Part shown: one piece after another, positions 37,939 through 46,895 of the stretch
Layout of the letters: every line of letters begins with the position of its first letter
Numbering within the stretch: the first letter of the stretch is position 1
Origin: a virus
Taxonomy: Duplodnaviria; Caudoviricetes
IMG/VR virus record: IMGVR_UViG_3300020442_001429
Span: 1-57,177 of that record
DNA length: 57,177 nt
Strand: one strand, 5' to 3'
Notes under the pieces: generated by a model
Seen by the model: only the letters and a program-made list of their open reading frames with translations
Databases searched by the model: none
What the model was told of the DNA's origin: nothing
Made by a program: the position numbers and the translations under genes

Positions 37939-38495
37939 ATATCTTTATGTTACATGAGAACCAACAGAAATGTGTAGAATCACATTGTGATAAGCACGTT
38001 GTTAAGATGGTTATTGAATACGCGCAATTATTGTCCACAGCACATCGTGTACTAGACGGTGTAATGTACATGGACAAAACTGCTAACGGTAGAAACATTA
38101 AACGCTGGCGTATTGAAGGCGATGAAGTTAAAGAGTGGGGCTTATACAAAGCATCTCACATCAATCATCCATGTGGTATATGGGTAAGGGAAAGTAATGC
38201 TAATTATATGTACTTGCATAACTTGTGGTATAAACTTTGTAAAGAATATACTCATAGGTATGGCAAATTACATTTGACTGAGGCAAAACTTAGAAGCATT
38301 CTTTGTAACCCACCAAAAAATATTCCTTATGCGCCAATGGCAGACGTACATAATATGCCACAAGCAATGCCCGATGATGCAAAAATACCAAATGATGTTG
38401 TATCTGCATATCGAAGGTATTATAATATGTACAAATTGGACTTTGCTAAATATACAAACAGAGAGGAACCACAATGGTTAAGAACAGGTACATAA
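37935..38495 (+). CDS. pyrimidine-dimer DNA glycosylase-like (DenV-related) protein
   Basis: MNIF.L, HCDKHVVKM..EYAQLLSTAH, H.NHP...W, EY..RYGK.H, QAMP. Confidence 0.75.
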   Translation: MNIFMLHENQQKCVESHCDKHVVKMVIEYAQLLSTAHRVLDGVMYMDKTANGRNIKRWRIEGDEVKEWGLYKASHINHPCGIWVRESNANYMYLHNLWYKLCKEYTHRYGKLHLTEAKLRSILCNPPKNIPYAPMADVHNMPQAMPDDAKIPNDVVSAYRRYYNMYKLDFAKYTNREEPQWLRTGT

Positions 38496-38857
38496 AAGTA
38501 AAATTTACTAAAGAGGGTATTCACAAATTCCCAGGAGCAGATAAAGATCCTAAATACGCAACAGGTAACTGGGACGACGTCTCATTTTTAGGATACCCTC
38601 ACCGTCATATGTTTTACTTTTATGTAACTCTCGGTGTTACGCATAATGATAGAGACGTGGAGTTCATACAATTTAAGCGTGAACTAGAAAGACTCTTTAC
38701 TAAGAACGTTTTACATTTAGACTACCAGTCCTGTGAAATGATAGCAGAGAATCTTATAAATTATATTGAAAACAAATATCCTAATCGTGCAGTTCGTGTA
38801 GAAGTGTATGAAGATGATGAAAACGGGGCTATACTAGATAATGATTTATTTAATTGA
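38474..38857 (+). CDS. QueD-like T-fold protein with LxxxHRHxF motif (DpdL-like, putative CDG decarboxylase)
   Basis: FLGYPHRHMF, DRDVEF, SCEMIAE, V.EDDENGA; second QueD-like gene in the cluster. Confidence 0.7.
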   Translation: MVKNRYIKVKFTKEGIHKFPGADKDPKYATGNWDDVSFLGYPHRHMFYFYVTLGVTHNDRDVEFIQFKRELERLFTKNVLHLDYQSCEMIAENLINYIENKYPNRAVRVEVYEDDENGAILDNDLFN

Positions 38858-39908
38858 TTTAGAATATGTAGAAACTCGTTACACTGCACAATGGAAAACA
38901 GAATTACCCCAGGCAATTGCAGACGCTAACGACACTTCAGTTACAATTATTGAAGGTACACATCAGGAACAAGATGTTTCGTCAGGAACATTCTTAGATT
39001 TCTCAGCGACTAACATATACAAAGCAGAACAAGTCCAAAAGATTGCACAACTGTTTAAGAACGGTGATGTAAAAGATGGAGACCACTTTGTATTTGCAGA
39101 TGCCTGGCACCCTGGTATTATTAATTTAAAATACATGGCAGACTTGCAGAATATTAAAATTATTACACATGGTCTGTGGCACGCAGGTAGTTATGATCCA
39201 CAGGACTTTTTAGGTAGGCAAATAGGTGATAAGCCCTGGGTTAGACATTCAGAGTATGCAATGTTTGATGGGTATGATAAAAACTATTTTGCTAGTCAAT
39301 TTCATATAAGTTTATTTGCACAGGAAATGTTTAATGATCCTGATAGCCAGGAGTATTTACAAAAGAAAATTGTAAGAACAGGTTGGCCTTTTGAATATCT
39401 ACAAAATGTTATTAGAAATGATACAATAGGTGTTGAAAAGGATAACTTAATATTGTTTCCTCACAGAAACGCACCAGAAAAACAGTTAAAAATATTTGAG
39501 GACTTAGCTTTACAACTCCCAGAATATGAATTTATTAACTGTGCAGATTATGACTTGAAGAAACAGGACTATCACAAACTATTAGGACAGGCAAAGATTG
39601 TGTTTAGTGCTAATCTACAAGAAACATTAGGTATATCATGTTATGAAATACTATTAGCGGGTGGCTATCCACTTGTTCCTAATAGATTGTCTTATAGTGA
39701 GATGTATCAATCGGAGTTTTTGTATCCTAGTGAATGGACATTGAGTTATGAAGATTATCAGAGTAACAAACAATATCTAATAGATAGGATACGATATATT
39801 ATGGAAAACTTTAATTCAAATGAATTGAGAAATGCAGCAGAAGAGAACACTGCATCATTAACGCAGCAGTATTTCTCTGCTAATAACTTATATCAGGAGT
39901 TAAAATGA
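38841..39908 (+). CDS. GT-B glycosyltransferase (GT4-like)
   Basis: FPHR..PEK, ETLGISCYE (E-x7-E), PLVPNRLSY.E. Confidence 0.8.
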   Translation: MIYLIDLEYVETRYTAQWKTELPQAIADANDTSVTIIEGTHQEQDVSSGTFLDFSATNIYKAEQVQKIAQLFKNGDVKDGDHFVFADAWHPGIINLKYMADLQNIKIITHGLWHAGSYDPQDFLGRQIGDKPWVRHSEYAMFDGYDKNYFASQFHISLFAQEMFNDPDSQEYLQKKIVRTGWPFEYLQNVIRNDTIGVEKDNLILFPHRNAPEKQLKIFEDLALQLPEYEFINCADYDLKKQDYHKLLGQAKIVFSANLQETLGISCYEILLAGGYPLVPNRLSYSEMYQSEFLYPSEWTLSYEDYQSNKQYLIDRIRYIMENFNSNELRNAAEENTASLTQQYFSANNLYQELK

Positions 39909-40369
39909 ATATGAAAACATTTAAATATTATTCTACAAAAACTTATGGACACGAAGAAGGTTTGTCTTGTGTATTTAGACAACCTAATGCTACACATAGC
40001 CATTGCAGTTTACTACATGGTTATTCTTTGTCCTTTAGTTTTGAATTTGCATGTCAAAGTTTAGACGACAAAAATTGGGTTGTAGACTTTGGTGGATTAA
40101 AAGAACTAAAACAATGGTTGAAGGACAATTTCGACCACAAATTTGCAGTTGCAAAGGATGATCCTGCACTACAAGATTTTCTAGAACTAGAACAAAAAGG
40201 ACTAGCAGATGTTGTTGTAATGAATGGTGTAGGTTGTGAAAAGTTTGCAGAACAAGCATTTCACTTTGCCAGTGACTTAGTAAGTAAAAAAACTAATGGC
40301 AGATGTTACGCAACACAATGTGAAGTAAGAGAACACGGGGCTAATTCAGCGATATATAGGGCAGTCTAA
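39905..40369 (+). CDS. queD: 6-carboxytetrahydropterin synthase QueD
   Basis: HCSLLHGY, WVVDFG, FDH, E..AE, EH..NSA. Confidence 0.9.
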   Translation: MNMKTFKYYSTKTYGHEEGLSCVFRQPNATHSHCSLLHGYSLSFSFEFACQSLDDKNWVVDFGGLKELKQWLKDNFDHKFAVAKDDPALQDFLELEQKGLADVVVMNGVGCEKFAEQAFHFASDLVSKKTNGRCYATQCEVREHGANSAIYRAV

Positions 40370-41431
40370 ATGAAAGTCGCCCTAGTAACTGATACGCACT
40401 TCGGTGCGAGACAAGATAATTTACAATTCGACGCTTACTTCGAGCAGTTTTACACAGATTTTTTCTTTCCGTATTTACAAGAACACGGAATAAAAACAAT
40501 ATGTCATTTAGGTGATATATTTGACAGGCGTAAGTACATAAACTTCAACACTCTAAAATCCTGTAAAAGATATTTCTTTGCCAAGGCAGCAGAGTTAGGT
40601 ATTGAAATACATATGATACCTGGTAATCATGATACTTACTTTAAAAATACAAATGATGTTAATTCGCCTAATCTATTATTAGGAGAATATGATAATATAA
40701 CATTATACGAAGAACCAACTGAAATAATGTTGGACAGACACAAGGTATTATATTTACCTTGGATTTGTGGAGAAAATTATGACAGGACTATGGCCAAAAT
40801 TGAAGAGTCAGATGCAAGAACTGTATTCGGACATTTCGAATTCGCCGGTTATGACATGCTTCCTGGAATGCCTAATCTTCATGGCATGGATCCTAACACT
40901 TTTACTGGTTATGATCTTGTGGTCTCTGGCCACTTTCACCATCGTCATAGCAGAGGCAATATTACATACATGGGCAACCCTTACGAAATCACTTGGTCTG
41001 ACTATGGAGACCCTCGTGGATTCGCCGTATTCGACACGGTTAAAGGAGATTTGGAATATCATGACAACCCGTTTAGAATCTTCCATAAAATTTATTACGA
41101 CGATTCAACTTTCGAGGGCGTCAATGATATTAGGAACTTCGATTTTACTACTATTATTGGTGGTGTGGTTAAGCTTATAGTAAATAAGAAATCTGATTAC
41201 AAACTATTCGACAACTTTGTAGATAGATTATATCTTAATAACTTATTAGATTTAAAAATTATTGAGGACTTCTCAGAATTTGAAGATGAGGCATTAGGAG
41301 ATGATATTAACTTAGAAGATACAATGACACTTCTAAAAGAATATGTTGATGTAGTTGAAACAGACTTGGATAAACAAAAAATTAAAAATTTATTGCAGAC
41401 GCTTTATTTAGAAGCACAAGACACAGTATGA
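40370..41431 (+). CDS. gp47: recombination endonuclease subunit gp47 (Mre11-like)
   Basis: DTHFG, GDIFD, GNHD, GHFH. Confidence 0.95.
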   Translation: MKVALVTDTHFGARQDNLQFDAYFEQFYTDFFFPYLQEHGIKTICHLGDIFDRRKYINFNTLKSCKRYFFAKAAELGIEIHMIPGNHDTYFKNTNDVNSPNLLLGEYDNITLYEEPTEIMLDRHKVLYLPWICGENYDRTMAKIEESDARTVFGHFEFAGYDMLPGMPNLHGMDPNTFTGYDLVVSGHFHHRHSRGNITYMGNPYEITWSDYGDPRGFAVFDTVKGDLEYHDNPFRIFHKIYYDDSTFEGVNDIRNFDFTTIIGGVVKLIVNKKSDYKLFDNFVDRLYLNNLLDLKIIEDFSEFEDEALGDDINLEDTMTLLKEYVDVVETDLDKQKIKNLLQTLYLEAQDTV

Positions 41432-43131
41432 TACATTTTAAAAATATCAGATGGAAAAACTTTCTGTCTACAGGAAATGCTTGGACAGAAATAGACTTCG
41501 GAAGATCTCCTAGTACACTTATTATAGGTGAGAATGGTAGTGGAAAATCCACTTTGTTAGATGCTTTGACTTATACATTGTTTAACAAACCCTTTAGAAG
41601 TGTAACTATACCTCAACTTGTCAATTCTATTAATGGCAAGAACATGATGGCAGAGATTAACTTTCAAATAGGAAGTAAAAATTATTTGATTAGACGAGGG
41701 TTTGGACCGAGAGTATTTGAAATTGAAATAGATGGAGAGAAGTTAGATAGTGATGCTAATATTAGAGATATGCAAAAGTATCTTGAGGAAAATATTCTTA
41801 AACTAAATTACAAATCATTCACACAAATTGTTATGCTAGGAAGTACATCATTTACTCCGTTTATGCAGTTACATTTAGGTGCTCGACGTGAAATTATTGA
41901 GGACTTACTAGACATTAGCATATTTTCATCTATGAATCAGGTCCTAAAGACTAAGTATGTACAACTTGAAAACCAACAAAGAGTTATTGAAGGTGAAATA
42001 GAAGTAGCTAAGCAGAAAGCAAAAGTTCAAGAGGAATATATACAAACATTAGAGACTGATAAACAAGCGAAAGTCGATGACATTCTTAAACAACTAACGG
42101 AGGAAAAAGATGCGGTCCAGACAAACCAGGAAACGGCAAATGACCTTCATGAGGAGAAGGCGGCGCTTGGTGATGTTTCAAAAACAAAAAGCCAACTCGA
42201 CAAGTACAGAGACAGATTCCTCAGACAAATTGAACAACACGAAAAACAACTAGCATTCTTTGAGCATAATGATGAATGTCCTACTTGTCAGCAAGGCATA
42301 CCACACGAACACAAGAACGAATTATCCTCAAAGGATAAAGAAAAACTTACAGAAATAAAATCAGCACTAGAAGATTTAGAAACAAAATATGAGGAAGTTT
42401 CTATTTTATGTGATAAAGTAATTGACATTGATGAAAAGATAATGGATGCCAACAATGAAATTATTACTCATCAAAGAATTGTCCAACGTCTACAGTTAGA
42501 GCTTAATGATACTGAAACAAAAGTAGGTAATATTACAGAAGAAAAGGCAAAGTTAAAGAAACTAGCAAAAACAACTTTGTCTAAAGTAGAACAAAAGACA
42601 GAACTTACACAAGAAGAACATTATTACAATGTTGCCAGAGCTATGTTAAAAGATTCTGGTATAAAAACTAAGATTATTAAGGAATATTTACCTATCATTA
42701 ATAAATTAGTTAATAAATATCTACAGGCTATGGACTTTTTTGTTCAATTTGATTTAGATGAAACATTTAAAGAAACAATTAAGTCTAGACACAGAGATAA
42801 ATTTAGTTATTCTTCATTCTCTGAAGGTGAAAAACAAAGAATAGATCTCGCGCTAGTTTTTACATGGCGAACAATTGCTAAAATGAAAAATAGCGCTAGC
42901 ACAAACATTTTATTATTAGATGAGGTGTTTGATAGCTCTTTAGATGTAAACGGTACTGACTATGTTATGTCCTTATTGAATACAATAGGCGAAGATACGA
43001 ATGTATTTGTTATATCTCATAAAGGAGACCAACTGTTTGACAAATTTAGAAGTGTAATTAGATTTGAGAAACGACAAAACTACTCTGTCCTTGAGAATAG
43101 GAAAAGAGAAAATGAAATGGAAACACAATGA
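41428..43131 (+). CDS. gp46: recombination ATPase gp46 (Rad50-like)
   Basis: GENGSGKS, CPTC zinc hook, FSEGE, LLDEVFD, ISH. Confidence 0.96.
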   Translation: MIHFKNIRWKNFLSTGNAWTEIDFGRSPSTLIIGENGSGKSTLLDALTYTLFNKPFRSVTIPQLVNSINGKNMMAEINFQIGSKNYLIRRGFGPRVFEIEIDGEKLDSDANIRDMQKYLEENILKLNYKSFTQIVMLGSTSFTPFMQLHLGARREIIEDLLDISIFSSMNQVLKTKYVQLENQQRVIEGEIEVAKQKAKVQEEYIQTLETDKQAKVDDILKQLTEEKDAVQTNQETANDLHEEKAALGDVSKTKSQLDKYRDRFLRQIEQHEKQLAFFEHNDECPTCQQGIPHEHKNELSSKDKEKLTEIKSALEDLETKYEEVSILCDKVIDIDEKIMDANNEIITHQRIVQRLQLELNDTETKVGNITEEKAKLKKLAKTTLSKVEQKTELTQEEHYYNVARAMLKDSGIKTKIIKEYLPIINKLVNKYLQAMDFFVQFDLDETFKETIKSRHRDKFSYSSFSEGEKQRIDLALVFTWRTIAKMKNSASTNILLLDEVFDSSLDVNGTDYVMSLLNTIGEDTNVFVISHKGDQLFDKFRSVIRFEKRQNYSVLENRKRENEMETQ

Positions 43132-43352
43132 TAGAAATTTATGGAAAGACTAGATGTACATTTTGCAATTCAGCAAAAGCATTAGCAGAATCAAAAGGAC
43201 GTGACTACAAGTATTATCTTTTAGACGCGGATTATACAGAAGAGGAGTTTTTTGAAAAATTCCCTGGAGCGAGAACGTTCCCACAGATTGTTGTAGAAGG
43301 AAAAGCAATTGGCGGCTTTAATGAACTACAACAGGTACTTGGTGGCGGTTAA
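43128..43352 (+). CDS. glutaredoxin (NrdC-like)
   Basis: CTFC, TFPQI, IGGF. Confidence 0.9.
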   Translation: MIEIYGKTRCTFCNSAKALAESKGRDYKYYLLDADYTEEEFFEKFPGARTFPQIVVEGKAIGGFNELQQVLGGG

Positions 43353-43706
43353 TTGGAATTCGATATGGAAACATATAGGCCCTTACCACAGGGTTTGACT
43401 ATTAAACCATCTAGAATAGATGGACTAGGACTACATACAGAAAAGTCCTTCGATGCGGGTACAGTATTTGGTGAGACGCACGTTTTAGTACACAGCAGAG
43501 ATAGACACGAATGGATTAGAACACCTCTAGGAGGTTTTATAAATCATAGTGATAATCCTAATTGTTTTATTACAACGGATGCGGGAGACAGAACTTTATA
43601 CGCAATAAAGCCCATTAAAAAAGGCGAAGAGATAACAGTATTTTATAGATTTAAAGGGTACGATGGAATCATTGGTGATACAGGTACTCCAGACGTAGGA
43701 TGTTAA
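43353..43706 (+). CDS. SET-domain methyltransferase
   Basis: GLGL, FINHSDNPN, I.KGEEITVFY. Confidence 0.85.
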   Translation: MEFDMETYRPLPQGLTIKPSRIDGLGLHTEKSFDAGTVFGETHVLVHSRDRHEWIRTPLGGFINHSDNPNCFITTDAGDRTLYAIKPIKKGEEITVFYRFKGYDGIIGDTGTPDVGC

Positions 43707-43707
43707 T

Positions 43708-44283
43708 ATGGAAGAAGCAGTAATAACAGAAACAGAAGCAACAGAGTTAGATGAATTAAAATTAATTGATCCAGACTCAGAAATGTTGAAACGTGCACCT
43801 GGTGCGTTTGATTTTGAATTGGACAATGCTGAAGAGTTGAGTGAACAACTTATAGACGCTATGAAAAAACTAGGAGGCGTTGGACTTTCTGCTAATCAAG
43901 TAGGAATTGATAAATCAGTTTTCGTTATAGGTGATGGCGCAGACTTTACTAAAACATTTTTCAATCCATTGGTTGTAGGTGTTAGTGAAGAAACAGAAGT
44001 AATGAAAGAAGGTTGTTTATCTTTCCCTGGACTATGGTTAATGGTGTCTCGCCCTAAACAAGTTTCCATTAAATATACAGACATCAAAGGTGAAGAAATT
44101 ATTGAAACTTATGAGGACGTAACAGCGAGAGTTATATTACACGAATACGACCACATGCTAGGTTTTAATTTTACACAAAGAGTTTCTCGGATCAAATTAG
44201 AACGTGCTATCAAAGCATTCAACAAGAAACTTAAAAAACACCAAAGACACTTAGCTCTACAAGCAGCTAACATAAATAAGTAA
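43708..44283 (+). CDS. def: peptide deformylase
   Basis: GVGLSANQ, EGCLS, HEYDH. Confidence 0.93.
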   Translation: MEEAVITETEATELDELKLIDPDSEMLKRAPGAFDFELDNAEELSEQLIDAMKKLGGVGLSANQVGIDKSVFVIGDGADFTKTFFNPLVVGVSEETEVMKEGCLSFPGLWLMVSRPKQVSIKYTDIKGEEIIETYEDVTARVILHEYDHMLGFNFTQRVSRIKLERAIKAFNKKLKKHQRHLALQAANINK

Positions 44284-44300
44284 AAGAACAGGAGAACAAC

Positions 44301-44654
44301 ATGGCAGACGATACTTTTGATTTCGGTTTCACGGCTGTAGATGAACCAAGTGATAATGTACAGCAGCCTCAACCTGCTCTAAATAATGACGAAGTCCTAG
44401 ATAAACTTGCACAACTAGAAGCAAAGATTATCCAAGCGGACAATTCAAATATGGTGAATGAACATAGGGCTCTTATTGAGTCAGATGTTGCAGGCAAACT
44501 TCGCGATGTAGAAGATCTTGTACTACCTTTACTATATAATTTACAAAAGAATCCTGAAAAGGAATATATCCATTGGCCAAATAGAACGGCTATTATTGAT
44601 AAACAAATTGAAAAAATTAAGGCGGTAACAAGATTTTATGAGCGAGTCAACTAA
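44301..44654 (+). CDS. hypothetical phage protein
   Basis: FDFGFTAVDE...PLL.NL.KNPEKEYI.WPNR; AGGAG RBS; late-like CATAAATA at 44271. Confidence 0.75.
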   Translation: MADDTFDFGFTAVDEPSDNVQQPQPALNNDEVLDKLAQLEAKIIQADNSNMVNEHRALIESDVAGKLRDVEDLVLPLLYNLQKNPEKEYIHWPNRTAIIDKQIEKIKAVTRFYERVN

Positions 44655-45240
44655 ACCAATAAACAATCCACAGCAACAGGGCAACGCTTTTGAACGTCCT
44701 GTTGCTAGAATATTTGATCTGTATCTATCAGGACCGATAGAATCAGCAGAAAAATACCAAGACTGGAACCAAATACTAAGGTCATCAAGTGAAAATGATG
44801 TAATAATATTGCACATCAATAGTAATGGTGGCAATATATTTTCATGTATTCAATTGATGCGTAGTATAAGAGAGTCTCAAGGAACAGTCGTAGCTTCAGT
44901 AGAAGGTATGTGTTTCTCAGCAGCAACTCTCTTATTTTTAGTTTCCGATGTATGTGAAGTAAGCGATCATTCGCATTTTATGTTTCATACATACAGTTCG
45001 GGAGCATGGGGAAAAGGGAACGAACAATTAGAATCAGTTATGGCTGATGATAAATGGGCACGGGCTCTTTTTAAAGACGTATATAAGGACTTTTTATCAG
45101 CAGAAGAACTAAAAGAAATGATGCAAGGCAGAGACTTTTGGTTATCAGCAGATGATGTTACAAAGCGTCTCGAGGCAAGGAATAAGAAAAACGCAAAAGC
45201 TAAACCTCGTAAAAGACTTTTGCAAAAACAAGGAAAGTAA
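44638..45240 (+). CDS. ClpP-like serine protease
   Basis: INSNGG, CFSAA (Ser), MFH (His), DFWLSA (Asp). Confidence 0.85.
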   Translation: MSESTKPINNPQQQGNAFERPVARIFDLYLSGPIESAEKYQDWNQILRSSSENDVIILHINSNGGNIFSCIQLMRSIRESQGTVVASVEGMCFSAATLLFLVSDVCEVSDHSHFMFHTYSSGAWGKGNEQLESVMADDKWARALFKDVYKDFLSAEELKEMMQGRDFWLSADDVTKRLEARNKKNAKAKPRKRLLQKQGK

Positions 45241-46790
45241 TGAGAAATATATTATGGGTGCTTTTATTCACCACACTATCTACCACGGTAGCAGCTTCTA
45301 ATTCAGATTATGATGTAGAAGAAATAATTGTAGTAGGAGCATACATCGTTGAAGGACGATCAGATGCAGAATATGATGATAATTTATTGGAATCTATTAT
45401 GCCTACTAAGAGTTATGTTGCAGGAGGCCCTGGAGCATTTCAAGGTATCATGTTAAATGGTACAGACACGAAACATACAGCCGTTTACAAAAACGGAGTC
45501 CCTGTAAATGATCCTAGTTCTGGATGGTTTGATTTTGGAACAGAATTAATTTCAGGGCAAAATACAAAACTTATATCAGGACCTAATAGTGTCCAATTTG
45601 GTAGTGGTTCTATGGCAGGAGTCGTACTTATTGATGACGATTTATCAATAAGAGAAACTATTATTAAAGGAGCTAATGATAAAGCATACGTCTTTACATC
45701 TCTTGAAGGACTTCAACTGATACATTATAAAGGAACAAACGGTTCTGCTAGGAGTGATAACACAGAAGAAGATTGGTATGAAAATACAACTTTAAAATTT
45801 GGTGGTGATGTAAATGATTGGATTATTAGAGGTGAATTTACAGATTACACTTATGATTATGATAATTGTTGGACTGAAACACCTAATAATTGTGTACAAG
45901 ACGGAGAGAAAACTTTCTTCTCAGCAAGAAATGATAAAATTACTCTAGGTTATATGGGTAATGAAGCAACACATAACACAGGTTTTGAATTAGACACAGA
46001 GAGATTTTATCTTGATGCAACAGTTTACGAAGCCTATGGTATGAAAGTAGGAATCACAGGACAGAAAGAAACATACAACGAACTAGATAGAGATATTGGT
46101 GCTGTATGGTTTACTTGGACAGACGACAGAGGAGTTTCAGTAGGTTTGAGATACGAAGATGACGCAGAGATTATTAGAGTAGGATACGAAAATGATGATG
46201 TGAAAGTTTCTGTAGGTAATAGTTACAGACGTCCTAATCTATATGAGGAAAATGGTGACGATTGGGTAGCAGCTAATCCTAATTTATTACCTGAAGAAGG
46301 CATAGGTGCTGAGGTAACTTGGAATAAATTTTCAGTATTTTATAATGAATTTAGCGAAGGTATTGAATTTGATATGTCAGCATATCAATATGTGAACACA
46401 GGATCTTATGATGCTCATGGTGTTAAATATATGAACCAATGGCTAATGGATACAGGATCTATCTTTTTCTCTACTACATATACGCAAACAGATAAAATTA
46501 GAGTGCCTGATTGGATGACTAAAATCTCATATTGGACAGCAGGAAATATAGGTGGCATGACTTGGACAGGAGAGATTGCATACATCTCAGAACTTAATAA
46601 AGGAAAGGACTTTGATGGTAGAGAAATCGACGATGTAGACAACTTTGATATCCGTTGGAGTATAGAACCTGCCCCTAGACATACATTAATGTTCGCGATA
46701 AACGATGTTTTCGACAATAATTTTGAGGTTTTACCCGATTATCCAGCAGGAGGACGTGAATTTTCTCTTAGCTACCGCGTAAGTTATTGA
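45240..46790 (+). CDS. TonB-dependent outer-membrane receptor (compact, BtuB-like)
   Basis: Signal peptide; TonB-box-like EEIIVVG; plug motifs NGVPVND and GPNSVQFGSGSMAGVV; YRRPNLYE, NPNLLPE, GRE; terminal aromatic residue. Confidence 0.85.
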   Translation: MRNILWVLLFTTLSTTVAASNSDYDVEEIIVVGAYIVEGRSDAEYDDNLLESIMPTKSYVAGGPGAFQGIMLNGTDTKHTAVYKNGVPVNDPSSGWFDFGTELISGQNTKLISGPNSVQFGSGSMAGVVLIDDDLSIRETIIKGANDKAYVFTSLEGLQLIHYKGTNGSARSDNTEEDWYENTTLKFGGDVNDWIIRGEFTDYTYDYDNCWTETPNNCVQDGEKTFFSARNDKITLGYMGNEATHNTGFELDTERFYLDATVYEAYGMKVGITGQKETYNELDRDIGAVWFTWTDDRGVSVGLRYEDDAEIIRVGYENDDVKVSVGNSYRRPNLYEENGDDWVAANPNLLPEEGIGAEVTWNKFSVFYNEFSEGIEFDMSAYQYVNTGSYDAHGVKYMNQWLMDTGSIFFSTTYTQTDKIRVPDWMTKISYWTAGNIGGMTWTGEIAYISELNKGKDFDGREIDDVDNFDIRWSIEPAPRHTLMFAINDVFDNNFEVLPDYPAGGREFSLSYRVSY

Positions 46791-46885
46791 AATAAATAAA
46801 GAAAAGATTTCAAAAGATTAGCATAAAGTGCTTGACTTTAGCTTCTATAGGTGCTATCATATACACATAAACTAAAAAAGTGAGG
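46780..46885 (+). promoter_or_regulatory. early promoter, repeat copy 2
   Basis: TAAGTTATTG..TTCAAAAGATTAGC..TTGACT (46832), 17 bp, TATCAT (46855), ..AAGTGAGG. Confidence 0.85.
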
Positions 46886-46895
46886 AATTTTAGTA

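Noticed and set aside
34078-40369. tRNA queuosine or folate biosynthesis auxiliary genes
   Set aside because: No queC, queF, queA or downstream fol genes; the TGT-fold protein lacks the CxCxxC zinc site of tRNA TGTs, so DNA modification is the better fit.
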